Notes: a model not told the origin generated them from the sequence alone. A stretch of DNA of 64,000 nucleotides from Amphiscolops sp. MND2022 (GCA_964187785.1 OZ076413.1:51028001-51092000); one strand, 5' to 3'; counted from the stretch's first letter, positions 24,520 through 39,079 are shown. A program made the numbers and translations.

Positions 24520-27071
24520 TTGAGTATAATCTAGCTTTAAATCCAACAGCTCGGGAAAAACCCCAAAACATCAAACATTGGACAGAAAACGTTGGCAAGC
24601 TTGAGGAAACTTGGGAAAGCATATTATAGTTCAACTATTTATATGAATGGATGCAGGAGACGGCGGTCCTTGACTACCAAAAAACTCATTTTTTTCTCCT
24701 AAATTTTTCACCCACTATCTTCGATATTATCCAACTTGTCTCAATATGCAGGAACGGGCGACCTTTAGGCCATCGAAAGCACCTCCATATGTAACGTCAG
24801 GCAAAAGACGTTGCAAAAGTTTGTGAAAATTTCGTTCAAGATGTCAAAATGTGCGATATCGAAAAATGCACAAAATCAAGATGGCCGACCTGACAGGTAC
24901 TGGAAATTGAAAAAGAGGAAAAAGAGAGTGCAAAAACAACACCCAACCCCCATCCAGGAACGTGAATGTCCGACATGTCATCACCCAGAAGGCGAGAGAA
25001 TCGGGAATTGTGCCATCTGACAGCAAAAAGACAGGGTTTCGGCAGAAAAATGCCGAATGAGACCATTGTGCCCCGAAGATGAGGAATGATGCCAGAGGCC
25101 AGACTGATGACCAACCCTGAACTGTAATGTTATTGGGGCTTATCCCCGTGTTTTGTCACCGTTTACATAGTATTTGGATGATGTTTGACCTACTTAGGTC
25201 TCCATTTTAGTCCTTATTCCCCAAATACAATGTATTTCAGTTAGATGCCTTTTTTGGACCTCGGAAGTATGTAGGAGTCGCGGGAACACGTTAGGCACCC
25301 TAGGATTCGTTTTCACAGGCTTGTGGGACGCGTCCGGACTTTGAGAGTGCCGGCACGTCGCCTTTGAGCTCTAACTTGAGGAGCTTCCTTAGACGTAAGA
25401 AAAGTCCCCCAGGAGACCATTTTGGGAACAAAAACTAGTGTCTAGGGACGTAGTAAGACAATGGTCTCCTGTTTAAGCACCCTAGGCATTTTCCCTCTTC
25501 CTAGATGTGCGCCGCTAGCAGGACGTTGCAATAGAAAAATATGGTTGATTAGCAAACATCAAAGAGTAGCTTTGAAAATCCACTATTGTTTCAAACCAAG
25601 ATCCACTGAAATTAATTCCAAAAATGAAAAGTATATTCAAGATTTAAGATATAAACACTTAAGATAAAATTATGCAATGATATTCGTGTAAAATATGAAA
25701 ATAAAGTACCTCAGCTTGCGAGCTAGGATCTTTAGCACCGCAAAAACCAATCTAGTCGAAAAAGTTCATATTTTATCAATTTCATTATCATTGAGTCGGA
25801 AGCTCAAACTTAACGGTCGCGAATCACTCTATTCGTTTTTTTTTCACCCCTCAGATGTATCTGCTCACTGTTACTTTTTCGGTCGATATGACAGGATCTC
25901 AAAAAATAATCATGTAAGCCACTTTCGACGTCACCTGGTACTTTGAATTTTCGGAGTGAACTTCGACTTGCAACTTCTGCCATGTCGATGGCTGACTTTA
26001 CAAAGCTTTAACTGTAAACGTCACTACAAAAAAGAAAATTTTGTTCAATATACAATCATTGAACTTTTTAAACGAATGAGTTCCTAAACAAACTACTGAG
26101 ATTGAGGTTTTCAAGGAAAAATATTCGGCAAAAACGTTCGCCCTCAGAGAGAAATATTTTCAAAAAATTTGCATGATAGTTCTGACATGACCAGTCAGGA
26201 TCAGTCATGATTTTTTAAATGACACGAATGAAGCGCCCATCGACACATTTGAGCGGCGTTGGTTTTTGGGACTACGTCAACTTGTGAATTCGTCTTTGTA
26301 TTCATGACCCTTTGCTGTTACGTCGAGATTTGAATTTGAAGATGTTCGCATCAAAAGCAACATCTATAAAGTCTGCAATGAGAATGGTGAAGTCTATTAA
26401 GAAAAGATTAAAAATTGTTTCTGCTTCTGTTAACAGAAAATTCCATCTAACAGATTTCGGGCTTTTTGAAAGCAGATTAGAATTTTAAACCAATTTTCCG
26501 GCGTACTCCAAAAAAAGCATTCATTTCGAAGACGCGGAACAAATTGCATGATAAAGGTTCGGGGCATTCCAAAAATCCGTTCTTTTCCGCTACGTCAACT
26601 TCGATTTTTTCGATAATATGTCTTTCGAACTGGTACTTCCTCAATTTTCTTAATTCGGAAAGTCATTTTTTTCTGGTACTATCAAAAAAACTGCTTCACA
26701 AAAAGGTTTCACTTAGAGCTGAAGATCAAACAACTAAAAAACATATTCCGTTTTTTTTTGCGCGAACCTCAATTACATTACTTTTTTTTCATGGTGAAAG
26801 AAAAAATTGTTGAAGTCTTTGACTATCAACAGCTGCAGCAGACAATATTAATCGGAATTTTCTGTTCGTAGTTTGTCAAGATTTTATTATATGCAATTTT
26901 TGTGGGTTTAAGGCGCTGAAACTGCGAAAAAGATCTGAACTTTCATACCATCCGTAAACATTCGTTTTCATCATCTGGAGTCATTATTTTAGTTCGATTT
27001 TATTATTTTCCACCATCAAAAGAGAACGTAGCAGCTTTTTGAAAACTTCAGAATGACTCAAAACGAATCAA

Positions 27072-27440
27072 ACAAGCCTGGAACGGCCCAAGTCGGCGCC
27101 ATATTCAAGGCTCAAAAATAGCAAAAGGACTTCAAATTTCCAAGTATTGGTGAATTGGGAACACTTTTATGAAAATTTTTTTTTCGCAAAAAGTCCCACA
27201 ATGCCAAAAAACTGAAAGGGAGGACCCTTTGGTCTCGTCCGGTATTGTATGTTACGCGGGAAACCTTTTTGGTTCAGTTCCTTGGGCCACCAGGTACATT
27301 TTGGCGTCTTCTGTAAATTTTGTAGAACATTTGGTAGAACTATTTTGGTCAGTTCAGGTCTATTTTGGTCTTAAAAAAAACACAGACGAAAAGCTATGAC
27401 TATAGTCGACTCTTTTCATAAGAAAAGCGCCGACTAAAAA
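27072..27440 (-). mobile_element. Helentron-like element, family B (short)
   Basis: ACAAGCCTGGAACGGCCCAAGTCGGCGCC at the left end and GCGCCGACTAAAAA at the right. Confidence 0.72.
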
Positions 27441-28755
27441 TAGAAATTTTTCATCTTCACGTTTTTATGCAATTTATGTCTACTTTCTGAAACGTTTTGT
27501 CGTCAGAATGTTGAAAACTTTTCAACAACAATTGAAGGCGTCATTCGGTAGGCGTTTTGTAGGCCTATTTGAAGACTTCTGTTGGAACATGCTTCTAAGT
27601 GTCAAAAGCTCCAAATAAAACAACTAAGTTAGCAGCAGGCTTTTCAGAAAGGAATTTGCAGTTTTTATGGTCGAAAATTACCTCAGAATGACCCAAAACA
27701 GGCGAAAAACTCTAAAAGTCCGAGAGATTTGATTTTTTTTGCTTTTTTTGGATAATATTTGAGCAATCTCTTTGCATAGAAAGGTTCAAGAAATTTAGCA
27801 ACTTTTATCCAGTAGGCATTTGTGGAAATCTAACAGCAATTAGTTGTTTGAATTGGCCTCAACGACACCCCAATTTCTAAAAATTGACAAAACGGCACTT
27901 TTTTTCACTAATTAATCCACATTAAATGTATCAAATATTTCGAAAGTTCTCAGTTTTGGACAATATAGTCTTCATATTGGACCCTTACCGATTGTTTTCT
28001 TCATTTTGAAATCCGTTGGCTCAGGGTTGAAGCTTGTAGCTACTGTTAATGTTACGACAGGACAAGTTAATTAGCAAAAAATTCTAATACAAACCTCACT
28101 CGAAAACTTGAAACTAGTTTTTTAACCTTATTTGTCAAGTATTTATTAATCAATAAACTCCAAGCGCAATTACTAGCTATACTGTACGCCTTCGAAAGAA
28201 AAATATTTTACACTTTCCAACATAGGAGGATAACCTCCGAATGACCTAAAAATCAAAAAATTTTTTTGACGTTTCATGCAATTTTTCTAATCTTTTCGAG
28301 ATATATTGTGGGTTAGAACGGCGTAAACATTCAACAACCACTGAAAACGGTATCAAGTAGGCGTTTAGAACAGATATCTTTAGTTTCCTTGTTAGCAAAG
28401 GTCCTCAAATAGACCCCAAAGCTGTCGAAAGTATTAAAACTTTCCAATTTATGCCATTTTTGGTGACGTTGTAGGCAAAAGTATAAAATTTGGTATCTTA
28501 GGCAGTGGTATGCACACCGTTCAACAAAAAAACAATTAGGTACTAGCGTGCTTAATTAATTAAATATAAAATGTTTTCTTCAGAATTGGGCTGATATGAA
28601 TCAAAACTGTGTCTTCTTTTTTTTGCATTTTCATAGTGCAATGGCTGCTCTTGAGCCCCAAGCTTTTGTTGTTGTAGAGTTATTTTTTTGGTGATGGGTG
28701 TGGGTGGAGGGCGTTCATGGTTTGACATATCTCGCTGGTCAGCGGACGTCTTGTT
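27441..28755 (+). mobile_element. Family A element, 3' portion with decayed tandem units
   Basis: Diverged array units followed by ATATCTCGCTGGTCAGCGGACGTCTTGTT, as at 11740-11766. Confidence 0.6.
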
Positions 28756-28807
28756 TCCAAATACTGCCAATTTTCCACCAACTTTTACTTCATTTAATAT
28801 GTGGGTG

Positions 28808-28978
28808 TTTTAGTCGCCCCGGCCCAGTTTGTAGTATCTCCGTCTGACAGAAGGCAGGAGACAGTGGGTTCGAACACGGGCTAGAGCCTGGAGGTTTTTT
28901 GGCGAAAAATCGCCCGGTGCTTAGCTAGCATCTTGTTGTCTAACTTGACGTTTCGGTCTGATTCGACGGTCTTGTTTT
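28808..28978 (+). repeat. tRNA-derived segment with a CTTGT-type end
   Basis: GGCCCAGTTTGTAG (A-box-like) and GGGTTCGAACAC (B-box-like), with no complete cloverleaf; ends GACGGTCTTGTTTT. Confidence 0.45.
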
Positions 28979-29149
28979 GCTATATAGTTTTCTTACACTA
29001 GTTCTAAAAATTTAGAATTTAGATAGATTTTGAGGGTTATTGCAAAAAAACACGAGAAAGCGACAGGCAGAAACATGGAGCAATTAAATACTAAAACATG
29101 AGGTACTAAATGAGCTACTAAATTAAATACTAAGCTGGCTTCCACTTAC

Positions 29150-29571
29150 TGCCACACTAATGTAAGTTGTGCATAGAGGTTAATTAGTGTTTTTTGAGGT
29201 CTGCCAAGCACAAGGACGTGGGTTCGAGTCTCGCCCTCGACCATTTTTTTTGTGCATGTACCTTCGGCTTTGTGAGACTTTTCTTGCATTTTCTTCAATG
29301 TCTCCAAAGGGTCTCCCTTCAATTTTTTCCTCTTTTGCAAAAGAATGGATGCTCAAAAAGTCACAAACGGTCACCCTTTCACATGCTACTTTCGACACTA
29401 TGCGACTTCCTATGCGATTAGAAACTTCAAAAAATAAAAAAACTAAATTGGAGAGTTTTTTTCCTCATTCGCGTACTGTAGAAGTACTGTAGAAGAAAGT
29501 ACTTGACACTTTGAAGTCTTTTTTGGTGTTTTTGAGCCTTATAGCGCCGACTTGGGCCGTTCCCTGCTTGT
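29150..29571 (+). mobile_element. Family B element, 3' portion
   Basis: Ends GCGCCGACTTGGGCCGTTCCCTGCTTGT. The 5' boundary is uncertain. Confidence 0.6.
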
Positions 29572-32500
29572 TTTTTTCATTTTCGAGACCGACGAACTGA
29601 CAGATTTTATAAGCTTTAAAAGCTGTTGCTGACTAACCTGTAGCTTCTACCAGTCGGTTTAGGGGAACCCAGCGGTCGCTTCAGTCAGAAATACTTTCGT
29701 GCATTTGCAAAACTGCACGAGAATGAAGCGTTCGTTCCCCTTTTGATTTATTTTCGGCGTTGTGAGATATTTTTGTTGAAAACTTTTCAATATCTCCAAA
29801 GAGTCCCTTCAGTTTTTTGGTATTCTGATACAAATTGGATTTTTGAAAAGCCGAAATAGTCCCCCTTTTGCAATTTTTGGCACTGTGATCTTTTTCGAAA
29901 TGATTATTTATTGTCCTAAAACTAGGTTTTCTCAGCACGCAGTATTCAAATTTCGTTGTTTTTCAAGATCGGAGTTTTTTCCATGCGACTTTTTTCCAAT
30001 TTGTTCTTATTGAAACACCTCGAGTTTTACTAAGAACGACATGTTTTGCGGGCATAGAGGATTTCTTAGGGCTTTAACGGAGACTTCATTGAAAAGTTTT
30101 CGAAAAATAATTCTGAAAATTTTTTTCCTTCATTTTTAGTTTTTTGGGAGTCTTTTTTTCGACTTCTTTTTGACTTTAGCAAAGTCGACCTAACAAAAAG
30201 CACAGCTTGGGCGATATCGAGCTAAAAACATCAGGATATATGGACAAGAAAACGGCGCACAGACTTTAGAGGAGCGCGTTTTTTCGACAAATGATCTTGT
30301 GTTGAGATATTGACCTCTGAATTTGGAGGTCAGGTCACCAAAACTAAGCAAGTGTCTGTTTTCCAAAAAAGCGCCACCAAACTTTGTTGAGACAAGTTAG
30401 AGACCTCATCTAAATTTCAAAAACTTTCTTATGTCTTGGATTTTTGATGTATATAGGCGCAGGCGCCTTTGCTGTAGCGTTCGGATTGAATGAACACAAG
30501 CCTCCAAATTTGATATTTTTGCCGATATCTGAAACTGATTTTTGATGAAAAGTCTTTAAGGGCGTTTTCAACTTGCGTTGAAAAAATGTTGATAGTGGCA
30601 AAATTAAGCCTGTTTAAAAGTGTTTTAGATGAAGTACTTTCTTTTTGCCCTCAATGATAGGAGCATCTGGTATTTGCCCTTCAAAAGTGTAACTCAAAAG
30701 CCGACTTTTTGAAAATTCAAGTAAAATTGCCAATTAGGTCTTTGTAAATTGCTCAGAATTTTTTTCCTGCAGCCATATTTTGCTGAACAGAGTTGTCAGA
30801 GGTCATGTAGGAAAAAGGATTTGACAAAAAGTGGAAATGTCAATCATTAAGTTGACTTTAAGGTCATGTTTGCAACAGTGGGAAAAGTTGAATCAGTAAA
30901 ACCTTATCTCCAATCTTTTTGAAAACGAAAAAAAACTTCTAGTCATGATTGACAAAGAGGTAGAACTAAAACTGACAAGTGATGAGAAAATGCACTTCTG
31001 AAAAATCTTTAGTACCTGGGTAGGAAAAACTGCTTTACTCATAACTTAGTCTCTTAAATCGTCTCTTAAATATATTACGGGTTCAATGGCCCATACAATC
31101 CCTAATATTTTTTAGAAATAATCCTTGTTCTCATTCTATTATCCGTGGGTGTGAAATTGTGTCGTGTCTTTTAATCGCCTTATATATTTGATGGGTTTTG
31201 TTTAATTTTTAACATGCTCTTTTCTTTCCTGAAAAGACCTTAAATCAGCTCAAGAGTAGCGAGACAACCCCACTGAAGAAGGCTAATATTCAAAGTTGTA
31301 AAATATACGTGATTTCGTTGTCACACTTACTCTGTCTTCAATTCAGTTGATTTTTTTTCGGAGATCTTAAAAATTCATGTAGATATTCAGCCAGTCCTAA
31401 TCTGGTGCATAGTACCTACGTGTTTAATTGAGTTGTAGTGGAGCAATTTTCAACACTTTTTTAAAGCTACTGAAAACCAAAATCTTACACTTTCATCGAC
31501 TATAGCTTTTAATCTTTGATTTCAATCTAGGGCACAGTAAACTAAAAAAACTGACCTATAGCCACATGAGAGATTACTCACATCAGTTTTTTTTTCGTGT
31601 TTTTTCATATGCTACAAAACTTGTAGACAAGCCTATCATGGCGTTCTTTTGATCTCATTCATTACAACTCATTGACTTAATCAACATAATGTCAAATGGA
31701 AAATGAGAAACTAACGTGCCTTATTTAAGTAGTAATAACCTTGACAATGAGTTTAAACATTCTGTTTTCAATAATAATCAAAGACAATTAAATACAATAA
31801 TATCAAATTAAGTAAGTGAAAAAATTTGAACAAAAAAACTTCAACACATAAAGTTCAAGAAATTTAAATACAGAAAACTCAACACGTCAAAATTCACCAC
31901 TCGTTCGCACCTGATCTTTAATTGGGTTCACACTCGAGAAACCACTACGTTTGCCTCCTTCAATTATTCAATTTCCAACTTTGGATTATTGATGTTGTGA
32001 ACATAATTAATCCAGAGTTGGAAATTGAATCAAGTGTGACTTAATGATTACCAGAAAACTCAACACAGAAAACTCAACATATTTTAAGCATTTATTAATC
32101 CTGATTATACCAATGCCTCATTTAATTATGCATTCCATAATAATATTTTTCCAAAAGTTCCAAATATATATTCCAAATAATTACATTCGTCCATAATCAC
32201 TATTGACTCAACAAGAACAATGTACGAAGTGACATTTTCCAAAAAGTTAGTTTTCGTGTTGATTTACATGCATGATGATCTCAAAAAGGTACGTAACTTA
32301 AACATGTTTGTTTGAGTAATTGATTGCCAGCTACTGATCTTTCCCCCCAATACGTGTATTTTTTTCAGAAAAAATCATTGAAAATATTAAAATAAAAAGA
32401 CTTAGAACTAAATTAGAAACCTTTGCTTTTATATTTATTCTCAGGACAACAGTTTAGATTTCAGATTCAAACTTTGTTCATGTTTGATGTCACTTACCAA

Positions 32501-34253
32501 GTCACTCATTCTTTTCAGAAACTCAACTCCTGTTTTGAGTCACAAAAAACTTGGGGGAGGGGGCAGAAAAAAGCCCAAATACCTCCCAATTTTTGACTAT
32601 CTAGAGTTTTGGCCAAGCTACATAATTTTGAACGTTACATTTTTGACTTAGAAAGATCTTTTTCGACTTTCGTGTCTAGAAATAATGAAAACCTCATCAC
32701 AGGAGCGTTTTGATTACCAACTGATTTCAGGAAGCAAATTTTTCTCAACAAAAAGAATAATTTGGCAAACAAATATTTGTACTTCGGTAGGGAAAATTTC
32801 GAAAAGCGGTAGCTAGCAATAGCGTTAAGTTTGAGTACCGTCAAACACTGGAGCCAACACCGAAAGCAACGTAAACATCTGCACCTTAGTTTTCGAAAAG
32901 AAAACACTTGGCAACCTACAAGAAGCAATGAAGCATTCAACCACTTTTCGCAGGCAGTTTCTTCGTGACTTTTGTCCAATTCCAAGTTTTTAAAAACTTT
33001 TAAACCAAAATTCAAAACCATTCCAGGTTTTCCATGACCATGGCAGTTTTTTCCCTAGTTGTTACAGCTTTTTAAGAAGGTTAGAGTTCTTAAACTTTTG
33101 AATGTTCGATTCTTGTACACAGGAAAATTGACCTAGAAATGTTTGGCTCAATGCAAAACGTCGCGTTTAAATAAAATGTTTTTTTTTGTTCTTTATTCGT
33201 TTTGAAATATTTTCAATCGGACTCGGTTCATTTAACTGGAATTTGAAAATCAACATGGCTTGTCAGCAAAATAACTTGTGATAAAGCACTCAAAACGTAT
33301 TTTCATGCATTTTACTTTCATATCTGACCAATAAACGAATACGAGTTACCAGAAACGATGCGTGAATTCATGGAACTTCGAAAATTTTGCGATCAAATAT
33401 TTGAATATTTTCAGCTATTACGACATGTCCAATTTTTCTTGAACTCGTTAGAAATACTGATTATAACGTGATCAACTTTCTCGAATTAAGGTAAAATTCC
33501 AAGCTCTAATTGTCTCGAAAGTGAATTGAATCAGTTCAAAGTTTTTACGTAATAACTAAAACATTCTGAGAAAAAAATAATAGGCTCAGAACTAAACAGT
33601 TTTGAACTAGAAAAAAAAATTATTATTGACCGCAAGGTCTGATTTTTCATCTTTTGAATTTCTTCTATAAAGACGGAGTTCTATAATCACATCTTGACTC
33701 TGATTTGGAATTGTATTTCTCACAGATTTAGGAAAACATCACCATGATTTAAACAATGATAACTTCAAAGTATTAACCAAGAATATCGTGCCAGTACGCC
33801 TTTTAGAGTGCCTTAAAGCGTGTGAAACAAAAATTCAATCTTAGGAAAAAACGAAAACAGCTGTTGAAAAGAAGCCAACCATATCTTTTATTTTGCGTTT
33901 TCTGTATGACAATTTAATTTGTGGGATGATAACTGCTATAGATGGTCTTGGTTTAAGTTTTTAAACATCAAAAACTATTTTTCTGAAATCTTTTAGAGTG
34001 AATTTTTGAACCTTTTCAAGCAACGTTCCAGTTACTAAGCTTGAGGTAGGGTCCTAGGAAAACAGCTCAACTCTTTTGACACAAACAGTTCAAAATTGAA
34101 ACTGAACAAGACGCCCGCTATGCACCGGGATATTTTCCGCCGAAAATGTAACGCATCATCACGGGTTCGAACCCAGGACCTCCTACCAACTGCGCCATGG
34201 TGACTGGATTTTACTAAATAGAGTAATAAACTTGAGTTTTGGCAGAATTTAAA

Positions 34254-37200
34254 ACAAAACGCCCGCTGAGCAGCGGGATATTTTCCGCCCCGAACTGTTC
34301 TACAACTACATAAGTTTGAGGCTCAAGAATAAGCCAATGCACTATAAAAACGCCAATAAGTTCGAAGAAAAGAAAACTTTGATTCATCGTACCCCATTTT
34401 AAAGGAAACCCCTAAGTTATTATTTCAGAGAGCTGGTCACTTTTCGTTTTTTCGGCACTATGCGACTTACCGAGAAAAAAGAAAGTTCAATAAATTTTTT
34501 GAAAATAATTTTTTTAAAATTTTCAAAATTTTTAGTTTTTGAGGTTTTCTGTAAAAGAAACAAGTTTCGTGAGTCTTGAGGGTGACCTCTTTGTTACTTT
34601 TGATCATGTGCAACTGATGAGATTTCTTTTTGATTGTGGGAAAGAGCTAATTTAAGTTTTTTTCGACTTTGTACTTTCATTTGGTCAAAGTAAACCCCTT
34701 GCTTTCATAGCACATTTCGGCTTGAGAAAAGCAGTTTCGCGAGCTGAAACTCGCTTCGCCATAAATGGTAAAAGAAAAAATGGTAAAAGCTTGAAATTAG
34801 GTCTGTTTCAAATTTAGGAAAGTTGAGCAATCCCGGTTTGTTATATTATTGTACATTGTTTCACCAGAAGTGTCAAAAATTGCAAATAGTTTTGACAAGT
34901 TTAGGGTCAATTTGAGGAACTTTTCGAACATGAATCTACAGATGTCTCTTCAAAAATAAGCCTACTGGATACCGAGTTTAGCTGTTGTTGAATGTTTACA
35001 CCATTCTAACCCACGAGTAGCTCGAAACATCTTTCTTAGGAAGGTGTACTCCATTTCTAGTGAATTTGCTTGGAGGTTTTTGAATGACAAATATTGGACA
35101 AATGAGGTTGAAACTTACGTTTTCAAGTAAAGTATTTGAAAGTTGTGCGAATAAACTTGTCTGATATCTTTACGGAACACTACCGGTAACTAGACGTTTC
35201 AATACTGAACCTATGATATTTCTCATTGAAGTAAATTTTAGGAAAGTGTCCAAAATTGGGACTATGTTGTCGAAAATAAAGAAGGTTCGGAAACTTTGAC
35301 ATCTTTGCTGTGAACTCGATGAACTTCAAGCCTCTTTTTCCCACAATTGCGTTTTGAATACCTTTTTGTTTAAACGCTGAGGTCATTGGAATTTCTCTTC
35401 CTTAAAAACTTTCGTGGCTTGAACAAAAAATGGGATTAGTTTGTCAAACAACGTGCTTTTTTGTTGTTTCATGGATTTTCGGGTGTTTTTGAGACCAATT
35501 CTAACAAAACATGCAGTTATCTCTTGAAAATTGTCAAATGGAGATATCCGGATGAGTTAGTGTTGAGTGTTTAAAACCATTTTATGCAAGGAAGTAGTTC
35601 AAAAAATCAACAAAAAACTGCCTGAAAACGTTGAAAAACTTGAAAATTTTCAGTTTTTCCAATAATTGTGTCATTTTGAGGAAACTTCCGAGCATAAATT
35701 AGGCATTCTTTAAAACCGTGTTCCGGACTTAGTTTTATCAACGCGAGCCTTTTGAACTCTTTAGTTTACCAAAATTTTCCAAAAAAATCACTGAAAATGT
35801 GAGAAATCGACAAATTTTTTCAAGCTTTCGACTTTTTACGGTCACTTCTCAGCTATTTTTCAACCGAAATCTGCAAATATTCCCCTGAAAGCCTAATTGA
35901 ATAAGAGTTCAGTCTTTGTTGAACGTTTGCCGACATTCTGACACCAAAATGATTCAAAAAGTACACAAGTTGCACAAAAACAAAGTTGAAGTTTTTCGAC
36001 TCCTTTGGAGTCATTCTGAAATGTTGGTGAAACAAAACTCTGTAATGTTCTCTTCAAGAAAACATTGCATAGCTGGTTTTTTTTGTTGTTCAGTGGATTG
36101 CGGAACTTAGAACAAAATCTTTCTAAAAATCTACAGAAATTGCATCAAAATCGACTAAAACTTCGAAATTTTGACATCTCAGGTCAATTTGAGGCCCTTT
36201 TCTTTTACGAATTGAACTTATCTCGTAACAAAATCTCACCGAAACAACAAATTTGCCCACGCCTTAAGCGTTTAAACACTCTAGTCCAAGGAGTCTATCG
36301 ATATTTTGACAAAAAGTGAAGAAAAAAAAGAAATTTGATAATTTTTCGAGACTTTGTCTTTTTCGATGTCGATTCCGGACAATTTCCTATCAAAAAACTG
36401 CATTTATCTCTTTTCTAAGCATATTGGACAACACTTATTTTCCTTGTTGACCCTTTTCAACGTTCCAATTGACGAAGTCTGTCAGAAATTTGGAAAAAAA
36501 TGCATGAAATCTTTGAAAATTGGAAACTTTTGGGATTTTTGTCATTTATGGTGTCAATTTGAGACATTTTCAATTTTTCAATCAGAACATTGCAATTATC
36601 TCTTCATTAAAGATTAAAGACTACGGGACGTACCAATTTTTTCATTGTTGACCCTTTAAAACATTCCAATCCACGAAGTCTGTGAAACTTCAACAAAAAA
36701 TGCATAAAACTTTACTTTGAAAATCGGAAAATTTTGTGTTTTTTGTCAATTTCGGTGTCAATTCGAGACATTTTTATTTAGAAAAATGCAATTAACTCTT
36801 AAAAATTGTTGCTGGACAACCAACGTTTTCCTTGTTGACCGCTTAAAACATTCCAATCCACGAAGTCTCCAAAATTTGACGAAAAATGCGTAGAAACTTT
36901 GAAAAATGGAAAATTTAGTGACTTTTGTCATTTTCGGTGTCAAGTTGAGACTTTTTTCAAATAAAAAACAGCCATTATCTCTTCTGAAACGCCTACTGGA
37001 CAACAAACTTGTACCATGTTGATCGTTTCCAACATTCTGGTCCACAAATTCTATCGAAAATTTGACAAAAATTGCTTAAAAACGGTAAAAATATGGAAAT
37101 TTTTGGTTTTCTTTGTCATTTTTGGGTCTTTTTCTTCCCAAAAAACCGCATTTATCTCTTCATAAACGACTACTGGACAACGAGTTCTTGTCTTTGTGAA

Positions 37201-37514
37201 TTTTTTCAACATTCTAATCCACGACATTTATCGGAAACTTGATAAAAATTGCATTAAAGCGTAAAAAAATGCAAATTTTCGCTTTTTGGGGTCATTTTTG
37301 AGTTATTTTGGGGTCATTCTGGGGTCCTTGGGGTCAACTAAAAAAGTCCGGAAATCTCCACAAATACAAATCACACGAAGCTAAATTTATGTGAGCTGAA
37401 TTCTATGGGTGAAACCCTTTAGCTTTGATATAAATAAATTCTTGGCAAATTTTGTATAAAAAAACCCGTTCGATTTAAATATTTTCCTTCCCCATATGAA
37501 ATATGGGTGGAAAA
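34254..37514 (-). mobile_element. Helentron-like element, family A (inverted copy)
   Basis: 37300-37514 is a close reverse complement of 9137-9350. It has a perfect hairpin CCCGCTG-AG-CAGCGGG at 34262-34277, TTTTCCGCCC at 34281-34290, and ~185-bp units with anchors near 37249, 37072, 36886 and 36700. Confidence 0.75.
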
Positions 37515-38451
37515 TAAAAACGCAATACAGATTATGATTTTCTTCTCCCATTATATGTGGGCGGAAAATAATAACCAGTCAGTTAATAGTAGAACTGGCA
37601 TGTTGAGTGTTGGCTTCATTCAGCGAAGAAAGAAAAAAGGTAATTTACCCAATTCGGCGGGGGTGAACGCCGAATGAGCAGTTTTGATTTTCGAAGACGG
37701 GGCTCTTTTGGATTCTATCTCCCCTAGCAAGGTATGATATCATATTGGCAGCCAAATGGTCATGCAATGGTCGGCTTGAAGATGTGATTTCAAAGTGAAT
37801 TGCTCGAGGTCACGAAGATGTGACTGACTGCTCACCGATACTCTTTTTATTTTGCTATTCTCCGCCAATTGTGTTATTTTTTGTCATGACCATACCACTA
37901 AGGTAGCAAAGAAGGACTTGCTAACGGCCCGATAATGGGAGTTGCGAGAGATTCGAACCTGATACCGCCCCAGTCCAGGCCGAAAGCTTTAAGCCTCTCA
38001 ATCATTCAGTTGAGTGTGCATTTGACTCTGTTTAAGTTACATCTCGGTCACAAGTTTATCCAAAAAATTCTTTATGTCTTAGGGGATACAGACTGCCAAA
38101 AGGTAGATATGGTTTGTGTTGAACGGAGTGACTGGAAAACGGTTTTCAAATGTTAAATTTAATTCGCCCATTCTGGGAAAATTTTCTATTAAAAATGATA
38201 AAAATTAGGCAAAAAACTGGACCCCGAGCAGAAACTTCGAACGCATTTCGGTAAAACGTAACTTCTGACCTGAATTGACCGTTTGGGCTTTTTGTATGGA
38301 TTTTGCTCACTCATGGTTAGGATGCCTGCTTCCAAACAGGAAGTTGTGGGTTCGAAAGCGGCTGAATAATGCATTTTGTAAAGTTTGTAATATTTCACCA
38401 GATCAATTTTTTTTGTGATTTTTTGGCACCCCTTGTTGAAATTGCCTATAT

Positions 38452-38943
38452 TTTTACTCAGCGCATTTTAGTAGAAAATTAGCCCGTCTTTTACACTGGG
38501 TAGTTTTTTTAGACGCGTAAGGTCCACTTTTTTGTTCACTTTTTCAACAACATCAAATTGAACTACGGACGTCCAAAACAATAACATCAACGTCCAGAAC
38601 CTCGAAAACATACTACAGATCCCACTTTGGTTTTTTTTCTCTTCTATTTTTTTTCGGAACTATGCGACTTTTTTTGAAATTTTTTTGATTGCACCAAAGG
38701 GTCTCCCCTTTGTTTGTTTTGATATTTTAAAACACAATGATGTCAAAAAATCCCAAAGTGTCGCTTTTTAAGTTTTCGGCACTGTGACACTGTTCAAAAA
38801 AACTCATTTAATTTTTTTTAGATCTCCCAAGGGCCTTCCTTCAATCATTTTCCTATTTTGCAATCAACAAAGCCCAAAAGGTCCCACCTTTCACAATTCT
38901 GAGCCTTAGATATAGAGCCGACTTTGGCCGTTCCCGGCTTGTT
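38452..38943 (+). mobile_element. Helentron-like element, family B
   Basis: The 5' part is the reverse complement of 16230-16310, and it ends GAGCCGACTTTGGCCGTTCCCGGCTTGTT. Confidence 0.68.
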
Positions 38944-39079
38944 TACACGTACTTCACAGTTGCCACCAACGTTTTCATTCTTTTCTAAAATTTTTAAGGA
39001 AACTTTCGTGGAAATGTTTCTCTGTTCTATCTGACTTTCATCAAGCTGCTTGAAAAAAAGCATCCTAAATTTGGAGACA

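Noticed and set aside
37935..38005. Possible tRNA gene on the minus strand
   Set aside because: A T-loop motif is present, but I could not build consistent acceptor and anticodon stems.
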